A stretch of 53,735 nt of DNA, from the NCBI GenBank assembly GCA_000993405.1, contig LBWB01000003.1, positions 1-53,735 of the forward strand. The letters are read 5' to 3'. Below are positions 21,001 through 31,573 of the stretch, piece after piece. Each line of letters starts with the position of its first letter. Position 1 is the stretch's first letter. Below the pieces are notes generated by a model. That model worked only from the letters and a program-made list of their open reading frames with translations, had not been told where the DNA came from and did not search any database. The position numbers and the translations under genes were made by a program. The stretch is from Candidatus Woesebacteria bacterium GW2011_GWB1_39_12 (lineage in GTDB: Bacteria > Patescibacteriota > Microgenomatia > UBA8517).

Positions 21001-21214
21001 TCAGAGTTTGCGGGAGAAAATTGATTTAACCATCAAAACCATGAGGGACTTAGAGAAACAGTTCGGAAAAACAATGGACATGTCACTCGTCATACAAGCA
21101 ATCGTCAACAAAGGATTACTCGCTGAGGAAGAAGTCTGCAACACAATTCAAACCCTCATCAAGAACGGTAAACTCTACGAACCTGCACCCGGCAAAATTA
21201 GCCTAATCGGATGA
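18089..21214 (+). CDS. mcm: MCM replicative helicase with intein
   Basis: Zn finger, QERPE, APSIYG, GEPAVAKSQ, VDEVDKM, AANP, LLSRFDL, TARQLE. Confidence 0.97.
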   Translation: MAEQVAEREPRIDEQLQQFLRDFKDENGKDKYRLRLSQLGNAGGTALLIDFDDLIAHTPNIARQLLDNPNAILRDLELAAYAQLKMEDPEYAEQAKTLKLHFRKLPSHEFIRKLGAAQIGHLTAVDGIIVRSTEVHPLLTKGKFQCRKCNATIDVEQNFNRPFMRGPGICAHCRSKIFEFVEKESSYLNSQQLRIQERPEDLPPGQLPQTINVRVIEDLVNTARPGDRVTVTAIVKAQQNYMGRKVALTTFQLELEANYIEVVGKEVDVVELTPEDEHKIVELSKDPFIHRKLIASLAPSIYGYGDIKEGILYLIAGGVAKQLPDGMKLRGDPNILLIGEPAVAKSQLLQYVARVAPRGLYTSGRGTSAAGLTAAVLKDKAGGMVLEAGALVLADKGVACVDEVDKMRPEDRVAMHETLEQHTVCYDDQTELLTAQGWKFFKDVTTRDTVATLTSKGQLKYQSPTRVFTCKYQGDMVAISNSHKVNLLVTPQHKIYASQYRSGNTWLPFSLVAARELVNKRFKIKRSANWHGKEKKYFILPQYSNRYETRPAIKIEMGLFLEFLGYWLSEGSADNYRIMITQKEGKKHQLIEKCLAQLPFRYKFEHFKNSDSGNFMIHNVQLACYFKPLSNGAATKFVPNMFKQLSTRQLTILLEALMVGDGGTRQHTNGSIQRTYYTTSPKLADDVQEILLKTGISGNIRNHHTKGKMGAFGKANYDELDVSFVFKNTPQVGYHASHGSKSGTLKIMHGYDGDVYCVEVPNHILYVRRHGVPVWSGNSIAKAGIVATLNARAAVLAAANPAFGRYDPYKNIVDNINMPITLLSRFDLIFIMKDTPNAEADGRLARHILTLHRTRDTPEKIPITPEMFRKYLSYAKRVVPVLGQEAEDALWAYYMKMRSTTGSEAPIAITARQLESLVRLCEARARLFLRDTVTLEDANAITRLVTLSMQEVGVDVTTGKMDIDVIMSGTPQSLREKIDLTIKTMRDLEKQFGKTMDMSLVIQAIVNKGLLAEEEVCNTIQTLIKNGKLYEPAPGKISLIG
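19361..20422 (+). mobile_element. intein with LAGLIDADG endonuclease in MCM (354 aa)
   Basis: Splits EQHTV|SIAKAG; starts CYDDQTELLT, TPQH block B, LGYWLSEGS and LMVGDG, ends VWSGN followed by Ser+1. Confidence 0.93.
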
Positions 21215-21821
21215 GATGGAAATGAGCAAACAAGAAGACAAACTGTTCAGACTGTTGAAGGGCCTTGAGCAACTTAAGACCGAAATTATGATGAAAAGCG
21301 ACGACCTGAGAAACGAGCATATCGACGAGGAACTCGTAGATTTTCGTGACGACCATTACAAGGCCGGTTATCTCCACGGCCTGCAACGGGCACGTAAGTT
21401 CTTGGAGGTTGCTTGAGAAAATGAACGTTGACCTTTCATATAGAGACATGCAGATTCTACTCGATTTACTTAGAAAGAAACATATCACCGCGCTACAGCA
21501 AACATATGCTCATATTGGGCATTTTCCAGACAACGTACGTTCCCTCAAAGATTTTTATGAGAATCCGCTAGCTCTACGATATTGCCATAATAATTGGTGT
21601 GAAATAGGGCAAATTAACCTTCTGATGGAGAAACTGGAAACTGCAAGAGATAGAATGGAAACTCAAATCAAACGAGAACTAGACCCAATAGGCTCCTATA
21701 TTGAAGACGTTAAACAAGCCGTGAAAGAAGGCCGAGTATGCCGATGAAAAAGTTCATAGTAGTTTCACCCAGCTCTCTAAGCAATAAGGGACCAGCACAG
21801 AATAGGGCACTTTGATGAACC

Positions 21822-22841
21822 ATGCCACGAACTAAGAAAGTTCCCGAAGAAAAGGAAGCCGAACCTACTGAAACTGAGGTTGCTAAAGTTGAGAATGTGG
21901 AAGACCTTGAAGGAGTCGGGGCTGTTACCGCGCAAAAATTGGAGGACGCTGGCTATAACACCATCGAGATGCTTGCCTGTGCCATCGTCGAACAACTGAA
22001 AGCGTTGGACATTGAGGATAAGCAGGCACGGAAAATTATCTCTGCCGCGCGTGCGCAGGTGCACCGTTTCGGGTTAGAGTTCAAGACCGCCGACCAAGTT
22101 CTCAAGGAGCATGAGGCACGTTGGAAACTTTCAACCCATGTTAAATCGCTAGATGAAGTTCTTGGTGGAGGATTTGAATCAACAACCGTAAATACTATTC
22201 ATGGTGCATATGGATGCGGCAAAAGCCAGACATCACATTGGGCTACGGCATGTATGTTAGCAGATGATAAGGGCGCGCAAGTGTTATTTGTTGACACGGA
22301 AAATAGTTTTCGTCCAGAACGTGTTCTTAATTTCTTAAACATATTGGGTGGAAGTAAAGAGGACTTAGCGCGAGTAATCCATAGTGAGGCAATTAACAGT
22401 TCCTTTCAACGGCTCATCATTGAGCACGCAGGTAAGAAAATTAAGGAGAATAACGTTAAACTGCTAATCGTGGACAGCGCAACTTCCCATTTCCGAAGTG
22501 AGTATCCGGGTCGTGACCAATTATCGCCGCGACAACAAACCCTTAACGCCCACTTACAAGTTATCAGTAAATTGACACGGATGTTTGGGTTAGTCACAAT
22601 TCTAACTAATCAGGAAATTGCCGTGCCAGTCGTTGGGTACGGTGGTGGAGCTACATCTAAACCCGTCGCGGGCAACATCTTTGGGCATCGAGGTTTCATG
22701 AATTTGCAAATTTGGCGACCCGATAACCCAATGTCCGAAGTGCGCATAATTACGGTCGAAAAACACCCCAGCCTTCCCCCAAGACGAGTTGAAGTATCAC
22801 TAACCGAGCAAGGCTTCTCCGAAGCGAAAGAAAAGAAGTGA
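21822..22841 (+). CDS. radA: RadA recombinase
   Basis: N-terminal HhH (LEGVGAVTAQKL), LDEVLGGG, GAYGCGKSQ, DTENSFRPER, LIVDS..SHFRSEY, TNQ. Confidence 0.93.
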   Translation: MPRTKKVPEEKEAEPTETEVAKVENVEDLEGVGAVTAQKLEDAGYNTIEMLACAIVEQLKALDIEDKQARKIISAARAQVHRFGLEFKTADQVLKEHEARWKLSTHVKSLDEVLGGGFESTTVNTIHGAYGCGKSQTSHWATACMLADDKGAQVLFVDTENSFRPERVLNFLNILGGSKEDLARVIHSEAINSSFQRLIIEHAGKKIKENNVKLLIVDSATSHFRSEYPGRDQLSPRQQTLNAHLQVISKLTRMFGLVTILTNQEIAVPVVGYGGGATSKPVAGNIFGHRGFMNLQIWRPDNPMSEVRIITVEKHPSLPPRRVEVSLTEQGFSEAKEKK

Positions 22842-23411
22842 ATGAGAAATGAAGGACCAGAATGAAATCACTGACCTAATCCGCGAATTCCGAGAAAAAG
22901 AAGCAATATTGCCAGATAACGGGTCGCGAGTTTTTAGGGAAGTTTCAAAATCAACGGAACATGACCTACTGCTTTTGAACCGTGCATTCTCGTGGCTTTT
23001 CAACACACGCGGACTTAAACCCTCAGACACAAGTTACATGACTAAAAGGAATGTTTGAAAAATGAGTAAACAAGAGACGGAAGAATCGCAATTCATTAGG
23101 CGAGAATTTCATCCGTTCAAAAATCATTCTGGCGTAATCGGCATTTCTGATGTTGCGAAACTGCATAGACGTTTGATGCATATTTTAACGCAGATGCATG
23201 GGTTCTACAATGAGAACACTAGACGATACTATGTTAAAATTGAAGCCTCAGTTTACGGATGCCGATTCATCATATCTCTTCTCAGTGAATGGACGGGTGC
23301 CGACTTCGTGAATAAGTTCGAGATTATGGCTGATGCTCGTCCTCAATTCGGATTCAAACAAGAAACCTTTGAGAAAATTGTTGCAATGCTTGAAGGACGA
23401 GAGACTGATTA

Positions 23412-23822
23412 ATGCCTGCTCCTTCGGAGTATACAGAAGGGGAATTACGCATGTTTCCAATCATCATCAGCCTGAAAGTTCCGTTCGGGAGTCAAGAAAG
23501 AATTTTCGCGGCAGATATGGTTTACAAAACAGATTTTCTCATCATGAAAAAATTAATTGTTGAGGTCGATGGTGATTCTCATGAATCTATTTCACGTTCA
23601 ACGAAGGATGAGCAGCGGGATAAAATTCTGAAAGACCTCGGTTATCCTACCGTAAGATTTACGGATGAGGAAACATGGGAAACAGAAACGTGCGCCGAGA
23701 AAATTCAAGCGGAAATCGAACACCTACCAAAAGTTTCCGGTTGCTTTTATTCGAATCAACCTCATCACCATGTTCCAATGATGAATCGAATTTGGTGTAG
23801 GTCTGCTAGGAAATATATGTGA
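23412..23822 (+). CDS. DUF559/Vsr-like endonuclease
   Basis: YKTDF...VEVDGDSH...DEQRDKILKDLGY..VRF. Confidence 0.85.
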   Translation: MPAPSEYTEGELRMFPIIISLKVPFGSQERIFAADMVYKTDFLIMKKLIVEVDGDSHESISRSTKDEQRDKILKDLGYPTVRFTDEETWETETCAEKIQAEIEHLPKVSGCFYSNQPHHHVPMMNRIWCRSARKYM

Positions 23823-26775
23823 GAAGAAATTTGAGATGAGTACTTTACGTTGCCCGTTTTGTCGAAGTAAAAAACCGTTAACTCGGTTGTTTCTAAAAAC
23901 GTGGAAGTGTAGTAATTGCCATGCCGTTTTCAAGCTTCAAATTGAGAAGTATGATTGGTAAGGCTGATTGAAAATGATTTGGTAATCTATCGGTGCACAA
24001 TCTCGATGTGTTCAAAGTGGAGATATGGTAACTGATGGGGTGTTGGGGATACAATGAACCCGAAACAGAAGCCAAAACTATGCTCAGTGTGTGGGAAAAT
24101 GAAAACAAGTTTCCCTGCTATTGGAGATGGACGGCTGAAGTGTGAAGATTGCTTGAATAAACATATGAAGAAATTGAAGGTAGGATTGCTTGATTGAGTT
24201 TGGTGTGGGGTGAAAACAAGAATGACAATTTGTGAGGATTGTAGTAGGGACATGGGTGATGAGGATGTTAGCTCGTACACTATTTGCGTTCCGTGCGGAA
24301 TCAAGAGAGGCATATTTTGTGCTATCTGCGGGAATAATGTACCGTGCGATGGAAAAGGGCATGAAGTTATTCTCGAACTGAGAAAGAAGGGTTTTGTTGT
24401 TTGGCCAGAGATTCCATGATTAGGTGGAGGGTTAGGGGTACATGAACAAGCAAGAACGGCAGTTTGGTAGTGAAGAAATTGCATACGTCTACTCTGTCTC
24501 GTCATGGACAACTAGCCATATCACTCAGATTCATCTCACGGCTGATGATAAGCGAACTTTCTGCGGAATCATTGTTGGTAAAGCATGGCAAGGAGCCGAG
24601 GGACCAGAGACTTGCAAACGATGCCGCAAATCACGGTTGAGGTTGATTGAAACATGAGCAAGCAACACAAACCGATTCTCGTTGTGAAGGGAATTCAAGT
24701 TCCCGAAGAACTATACGAGAAACTGATAAATGATTCTACATGTTGAGGTTGAGGGAAACATGAAGCAAATGACTGAAGAGGAAGAGTGCAGAAATGTGGT
24801 CATACTGACCTTGAGGGCTGTCTGCATGATGGTTGCCAGTGTTGCACGAATTACTCAGAGGCTTACGAAAATTAGAGGATGATGGAAATATGTTGGAGCA
24901 GATGAGGGAGGTAGTTATGAGTGCGACCATTTCCGTTCTGATGGGTGACCATGAATCCGTCGTATGCAGACGTTATAAATGTCACAGGTGTGGTAAACCA
25001 ATTTTGAAACCAATCAGCAAGAAGGGGAAGCCGCCGAAACGCTGTGGTCCATGTGCAGCAGACCACATTAGAAAACAACATCTTGACCCGTACTGGAGGA
25101 GAAAGCAGCGTGAGTACAAGCGGCGGTTCAAGGAAAAGCAGCGGATGACGCAGGGGCTACCAGTAGGCACACTACTATCCGACACACGCGTACTCGACAA
25201 TGGGCATGTAGCCGCGTATGTTCTACTGAACCGCAAAATACGCGAAACTCTATAAAACCTACATCGAGGCAGAGAACTTTGAGATGTCTCATATGTAATT
25301 CGTATCCTAAAATGCGTAAAAAAGGATACTGTTCATGGTGTGACCAGAATGGAAGTTACCGTTAATGAGTAAGTGGTGTCAACGGGTTACCTGTCCAATT
25401 CCTCGATGCGGCGGGTTCCTCACAATTCTCAGGAACGGAAACATACGTTGCAATAATTGCCGGATGTTATGGGTTAAGTGGACGAACCAAGGTGAAGAAT
25501 TTTGAGTAAAGTGAAGTGGTGGCAAATCAGCATAGGTATATCGTTGATTACAAGTATTCTTTTCGGTGATTGGCTTCTCCTATCTGACGGTGTTAATATC
25601 ACTCCGCAATTGTTTCTTCTAACAATAACGATGACTACTGTAGGACTGATTGTGTTGTTATGGAGAAACTGAGAACTTTGAGTAGAAGGAATGCGGGAAG
25701 AAGAACATGGCTCTTTATGGTAACGTGTGGAGCGGTGGGATTCCAACATTGTCATGTGGCTCATGTGGGCATGTTGAAAAGTTCCGTGATGACGCTGAGT
25801 GGCTGCCAGCGAAATGTGCTGATTGCGGGTCGGCAAATCTGACCTACTCGGAGGGTAATTGAGGATGGGTGAGCAAGAACTTAAAATCAAGTTTGAGCAC
25901 CGTTTCAATCATGGACGTAAAACTTTCACGATGAGGCATTATAATGACGGCACATGGGAACTTTTAGATGAGGATGGTTTGCCTGTCGTGCAATGTTCGG
26001 ATGATGATGAAGGAGTCATAGACACAACGGAGTGAGAACTTTGAGTGTTTCTGAATCAGGCTTCTTATGCATCAAGTGCCTCAGCAACAGTGTGTCCGCG
26101 AATAGTTACTACTGTGAACGATGCGAACAGAAACAACGTGAAAGTTCCGTTGAAAAAGGTGAAACGAGAATGAGTAGGAAACGGGTTAAGCCTCAAGTGG
26201 ATTTGTGCGTGAATTATCGGGGGCATTATCTTGGTTACTGTAATTATTTTTCGAATGGAGGTTGGAACGTTTCCCTAAATTTGAATTTGATGATGAAGGA
26301 TTTAATGCGAAAAGGCAACAGCATGTTCGTTAACTCGTGGCGTAAAGAACACCATAACGAGCCGGACGGGATTGATAGATTCGCTACCTTTCTAGGAATG
26401 TTCTGGGGTGTGTACCATCACGAGATTGTTGGTCACGCGTTAGGACATAAACTCAAGGTTAGAGGTTACTCGATAACCCGTAAAGAACATTTTAGGTGGC
26501 TTGAAGAAAATCTTCTAAAAGAATTATTTGCTGACGCTCAAACAGATTTCGCCTTCATGTTCTCCGACATTGCCAAAGCAATCAACGCAAAGTTCCATGT
26601 GAACAAAAAGAAGCATGATTGGTTGGTAAGGTTAGGGTACTGTGAAATCTTACGCGGCAAACCCGTAGAACAAGATGTAGAAGTTCGATAAGTCAAACAC
26701 GGGAACCCGGGCAAATTCTCGATTAGTTTCATCCATCTCTCGGTTTTAAATAGCCGTGTAGGGTAGGTGATACCC

Positions 26776-27060
26776 ATGTCGGAAATTGAAGTGTTACATA
26801 TCGTTTCACATCCAACTAGACTCGAAATACTGACCGAACTCAATAAGAATCCATCATACGCCTCTGCGTTATCTAGGACGTTGAAAATAGAACGCAAAGT
26901 CGTTATCTTCCATCTTTCAATCCTAATACAGTATAAATTAATCGAAGGCGAGTTCACATTGGTTTCGACGCGAACAAAACCTACCGCCGTGAAAACATTT
27001 CACTTAACTTCGAAGGGTATGCGGATGTTTGGTAAGGTGAAACATGCACTAGAGAAATAG
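26776..27060 (+). CDS. ArsR-family winged-helix transcription regulator
   Basis: HPTRLEIL..L...YASALS.......V.FHLSIL...LI; GGTGA RBS. Confidence 0.85.
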   Translation: MSEIEVLHIVSHPTRLEILTELNKNPSYASALSRTLKIERKVVIFHLSILIQYKLIEGEFTLVSTRTKPTAVKTFHLTSKGMRMFGKVKHALEK

Positions 27061-27062
27061 AA

Positions 27063-27821
27063 ATGGGGCCTCCGTGGACACAACAAGACATATCACGAGT
27101 TCGTGAATTATACCCTACGCACACCGCAACGCAAATTGGGATAGAATTAAGTAGAACCCGTCGTTCAATCAAACATATCACTCATAAATTTGGTTTTAGA
27201 AAACCACAACGCGATTACTCTCTAAACGAAAATCAAAAACAAGTTCTATTAGGAAGTCTACTTGGCGATGGGTCGATAATTCGTAGAAATATTAAGTCAT
27301 ATACATATCGTGAACCACACGGCATAGGGCAACAGGATTATTTACAATGGAAGGCACAAATTCTTGGGCATCTGGTTTCTTCACTTCATCCCTATGCGCG
27401 ATATGACCCTCGTTGGAACCGTACTCTTTGGCAAGTAGCGATGACTATGTACGGTAAATGGTTAAAACCGTACCATGACCAGTTTTATCCAGATGGTCAC
27501 AAAATACTTCCAACGCAAGCCCTCAATGAGTTAACGGGGTTAGGGGTTGCAGTGTGGTTCTGTGATGACGGGACTAAATCATCTGAGACAAGTCGTTTGC
27601 GGATTTACACTGATAGTTTCACAATGGATGAGGCGAAGATTATCTCCAAGTGGTTTTTAGATAAATTTGATATAATTACTCACATTACACCAAGGCCCCA
27701 TAAGCCAACTCATCCCATAATTGAAGTGCCGAGTTCAAGCACAGGTACCTTTGTAGCTCTAATAAAACCATACATGCCGATTTGTATGAATTATAAAATT
27801 ACGTTCAGAGAACCGTCTTAA
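27063..27821 (+). CDS. free-standing LAGLIDADG homing endonuclease with N-terminal HTH
   Basis: LLGSLLGDG and AVWFCDDG motifs, YLQWK, MNYK terminus. Confidence 0.88.
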   Translation: MGPPWTQQDISRVRELYPTHTATQIGIELSRTRRSIKHITHKFGFRKPQRDYSLNENQKQVLLGSLLGDGSIIRRNIKSYTYREPHGIGQQDYLQWKAQILGHLVSSLHPYARYDPRWNRTLWQVAMTMYGKWLKPYHDQFYPDGHKILPTQALNELTGLGVAVWFCDDGTKSSETSRLRIYTDSFTMDEAKIISKWFLDKFDIITHITPRPHKPTHPIIEVPSSSTGTFVALIKPYMPICMNYKITFREPS

Positions 27822-28099
27822 TAGCGGCTACCCTGAGCGTCACCAACATGCCGAGGTTCTTTTCGAGCTCTCACATTCTTGGCTTTCTGGGCGCGGTCAC
27901 GTTTCGGCGAATTGAAGTACATATGCCTCGATTTGTAATAGTACGGCTTCCCGGAATCGGGGTCAACCCTTTCGTAACTTTTCGGCAAGCCTCCGACCAA
28001 ATGCCGACCTCCATGGCCTCGTGGGCGTCCCGTCGCAAGCGCACCTTGTCTACTTGGTCTTTGGCGTCGTATTCCCCTTCGTCGTCCTACGGCTGGCAA
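27818..28099 (-). CDS. small Arg/Lys-rich basic protein
   Basis: 93 aa, very basic; divergent from the 28181 gene across a palindromic site; exact start uncertain. Confidence 0.55.
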   Translation of the reverse strand: MPAVGRRRGIRRQRPSRQGALATGRPRGHGGRHLVGGLPKSYERVDPDSGKPYYYKSRHMYFNSPKRDRAQKAKNVRARKEPRHVGDAQGSRY

Positions 28100-28155
28100 G
28101 GATTATCTGAGTAATAGGTTCGCAATAAGTTTGATAAGAGTGTATCGCTATACGT

Positions 28156-28169
28156 ATCATCATGACGAT
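28156..28169. promoter_or_regulatory. palindromic operator-like site ATCATCATGACGAT
   Basis: Related copies at 43411, 44250, 46178, 53145, all intergenic. Confidence 0.65.
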
Positions 28170-29240
28170 GTGAAGTAAACATGGGATTTTGTAGAGAATT
28201 CATTGGGAAAATGGGGATAGAGTCTAGGCGTGAATCATTTTACTTAACTTTGGATAATGACACGAAAACCGAAGAACTGTCATGCGACCAAATTGAAATT
28301 TCCTATTGGGAGTTTGCAAACTTTGAAGCGGTCATAGCGGATTTGAAAAAGAACGATAAGCGATTCCGAGAATGGCTAGATGAAGGTCATCAGTGTCCCG
28401 CATGTAAGACGGGATTAACGAAAACAGCGAACGACCCATGCTCAAAATGTGAGCAAGAAGTCGAAAAACAAGAACAGGCGTTCGACAAACAGGCTCATGA
28501 AATCTACACGAAACTAGGGATTTGAAATGAGTGAAGAAAATGAGGCTCGGAAGCGGGTTACGTTCAAGTCGGATTTGGAGATGTGGCATAAGTTCGTTGG
28601 CTTCGCAGGTTGGCTTATGATGGTCGCAAGAGGAGAGGAACATAAAATTTACGGGCAATGTGTTCACTACTCATATGATAGCGACGCGTTCGAAGAATAC
28701 TGCAATAGTAAAGATGCGGAGAAACTACGAAAGGTAACTCATGTTATCAAGGGCATGAAGATACGAGCAGGCTTCAAACCTGATGAGGAATGTTGGCAAT
28801 GCAAATTCTACAAACTGAATGTTCCGCCAGTAAAAGAAATAGCGCCTGAGAAACTTGAGAAAATGAAACAGCAAAGCAGGGAGAACGCTCAGCGGCTTAG
28901 AAAGCAATTCGGGCTTAAACCGATTAGAGAAAAGAAGGAATCGAAATGAACAACACGGATAATCACGTAAGAAAGCTTGACGAGGGCTACGTGATAATTG
29001 GACACCCAGTTATCCCTTCGCAGATAAGTTTCTTTCTTAGTGGTGACGGGTTGAAGAAATTAGTAGCTAGGCTTAGAGATGGAGAGGACTTGAGAATGAC
29101 TGTTGGCGAATACAGGGATGCAGACGGTAACGAACATAGGTACCACAGATTTGAAGCGGTTGATACTCACAATAAATATGCAAAAGGCAAGGAATCAAAA
29201 TGACTCGTAAGATTTGGGCACATGACTTCCATGAGGTTGC

Positions 29241-29780
29241 TTGAACATGAGTGAGGTTATCGGCTCTCCCCTTCAGCTTGAAGCCCTCAGCAATAATCGC
29301 ATTGATGCCAAAAAATGTCCGAAATGTAAGCAACTAAAAACACGCGATAATTTCTCGAAAACTAGAGTCCGATATGATGGGTTACAGGTATATTGCAAAC
29401 CATGTATGACCGTTAGACAAAAAAGGTATAGGGAGCGTAATCCAGAAAAAGCTTGGGCCAGCGCAACAATTTTTAGTCATCGTAGTAAAGGAATTGATGT
29501 AAGAATTTCACTCAAAGAATTGGGCGACATTGCTAAGGTGAGTAAGGATTGTGCCCTATGCGGGATTGTTTTGAATTGGAAATATGGGCAGAAAGATAAA
29601 AGGCAAATGATTATGAAAAGCCCATCACTTGACAGATTGAATAATGAACAGTTTATTGACAAAAACAATTTCATGATAATTTGTTATCGTTGTAATGCTT
29701 CGAAGGGTAGTCTATCTTTAACAAATTACATATCTCATTGCGAAAACGTTGTTAATAGAAATCTTAGAAACAAAGCGTGA
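29241..29780 (+). CDS. HNH / His-Me finger homing endonuclease
   Basis: CPKC..K...F......DGLQVYCKPC; CALCG; SLDR..N...N..IICYRCNASKG; paralog of 17459. Confidence 0.8.
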   Translation: MNMSEVIGSPLQLEALSNNRIDAKKCPKCKQLKTRDNFSKTRVRYDGLQVYCKPCMTVRQKRYRERNPEKAWASATIFSHRSKGIDVRISLKELGDIAKVSKDCALCGIVLNWKYGQKDKRQMIMKSPSLDRLNNEQFIDKNNFMIICYRCNASKGSLSLTNYISHCENVVNRNLRNKA

Positions 29781-29806
29781 TGAAAAGAACAAAAAGTTGA
29801 TAAAAG

Positions 29807-30208
29807 ATGCATGTTAAAAAACTTTGGGCTCATGATTTTCATACTGCCTACGAACGGTCTTTGAAGGTCAAATTCAAACCTGATAAACGCGAACCCGCGT
29901 GGGAACGAAAGCTCACTGATGTAAAGGCACCGCAACTTAACAAGCAAGTGGGCTACCTATTTGATTGGCTCGTGAAAGGCGGATACGTAACCGCTAATCA
30001 CTACAAAGTGGTCATTGTCTGCGGTGTATGCGGTAGAAACCTGAAAATGAAACAGTGGAGCCAATACACTATTAACGGCGCATTCGTCTGCAAAACGTGC
30101 AACGAGTATATCAAAAAGATTCGAAGAACTGGGAAGGCTAGGCCGAGCAAACGGTTAACGAAACTAATCAAGATGGGCGCAGTCAAATTCAAGAAGGAAT
30201 TGAAATGA
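29807..30208 (+). CDS. basic zinc-finger protein
   Basis: CGVC...CKTC; N-terminus duplicated at 29200. Confidence 0.7.
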   Translation: MHVKKLWAHDFHTAYERSLKVKFKPDKREPAWERKLTDVKAPQLNKQVGYLFDWLVKGGYVTANHYKVVIVCGVCGRNLKMKQWSQYTINGAFVCKTCNEYIKKIRRTGKARPSKRLTKLIKMGAVKFKKELK

Positions 30209-30567
30209 GCAAATACAAACTTGCCATTGTCATGCGAACTGACCTTGATATGGGAAAAGGTAAAATGTGTGTTGAAGCAGGGCACGCTACGTTACTTGCT
30301 TGGGTCAACCAATCTGAATTACATTCTACAATAGAAACTCGTAATGCGTGGTATTCGGAAGGTCAATTCAAAGTTATTCTCAAAGTTAAGGACGCTCACG
30401 AATTAATGTGGATTGATGAATTAGCTAGAAGGGAAGGATTACCAGTCGTTCAAGTTCGCGACTTCGGTAAGACTCAGGTTGAGCCTAACACTTTAACATG
30501 TATAGCTATCGGCCCCGCACTTTCTGAAGACGTTGACAAAGTAACTGGAACCCTACCACTACTATGA
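30205..30567 (+). CDS. pth2: peptidyl-tRNA hydrolase Pth2
   Basis: K..IVMRTDLDMGKGK....GHA, W...GQ.KVILKV, VRDFGKTQV...T.TCIAIGP...VDKVTG.L.LL. Confidence 0.95.
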   Translation: MSKYKLAIVMRTDLDMGKGKMCVEAGHATLLAWVNQSELHSTIETRNAWYSEGQFKVILKVKDAHELMWIDELARREGLPVVQVRDFGKTQVEPNTLTCIAIGPALSEDVDKVTGTLPLL

Positions 30568-30711
30568 GGAATTGAAATGAGTACGGTTTGGGATTATGAA
30601 TGTGGGAAATGCTACTTCAGGACCAACGACCAGAACGAGGCTTTCGAACACCGAGCAACCACGGGGCACACGTTCAGTAAAATTCCACCAAACAAATGGG
30701 GCATGTAAATT

Positions 30712-30915
30712 TTGAAAATCATCAAAGTCAAAGTGAAACGCCGAGAATTTCGCGTTAAGGTGCGTGACGGTGAGGACGGTTACCTGATTGCTCAATGTAT
30801 TGAACCAGAATTATCAGGTGCTCTTACGCAAGGTAAAACCATGAAAGAAATCGTTCGTAACATTAAGGAAGCAATAGAATTGGTTCTTGATGTTTTGGAG
30901 GAAGAAAAGAAATGA
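30712..30915 (+). CDS. hicB: HicB-family antitoxin-like protein
   Basis: EDGYLIA.C..PELSGALTQGKT..E...NIKEAIEL. Confidence 0.85.
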   Translation: MKIIKVKVKRREFRVKVRDGEDGYLIAQCIEPELSGALTQGKTMKEIVRNIKEAIELVLDVLEEEKK

Positions 30916-31573
30916 GTGATGAATGTTACATGCGGAATGAGGCTAAGGACGGTTACATGCCTTGTTGCTCGAAATGCCATAAACCCTTCGAGGACGCTGA
31001 AATAGGGGATGTTAAAAATTATCCTGAGGACGGACGCGTGTCAGTGTTCTTCAAATGCAATTCATGTCGAGACGAAGGTGGTGCCGATTTAGAATCCGAC
31101 TTCACGTACAAACCCGACTTGAAAGACGAATTCAAAGTTCGAGACATCAAATACATTCCACGACCAAAAGAGGATGATTGACAAATTGACTGATAAAAAG
31201 AAGAAGCCGCGAACATACTCGTCCGGCAACAGACAACTGGCCTTTCGACGATTAGTTTTCGGCACTCTCATCAGAACCCGTTTGTTGGAAGGATTAACTT
31301 GGGAGGAGTTGCCGAAGAAAATCGCGGACACATTAAACGTGCAAGTATCTAGAGGCCGGGGCATCAGGTCAAAATTGGTAGAGTGGAGTTGGATAAAATT
31401 TACACCGTCGAAAGTTGAGATTACCGATGTTTCATTCAGAGAGTTTGAAGCGTCATGAACAGGAAGCATAGGCACCGATATTATCCGGTCATGCGGTACG
31501 TGGGCTTAATTCCGTCTGAGGGGTGCGTCGGGTTCAGGTGCAAGTGTGGAAAACGGAGAAAGGAGAAACTGCC

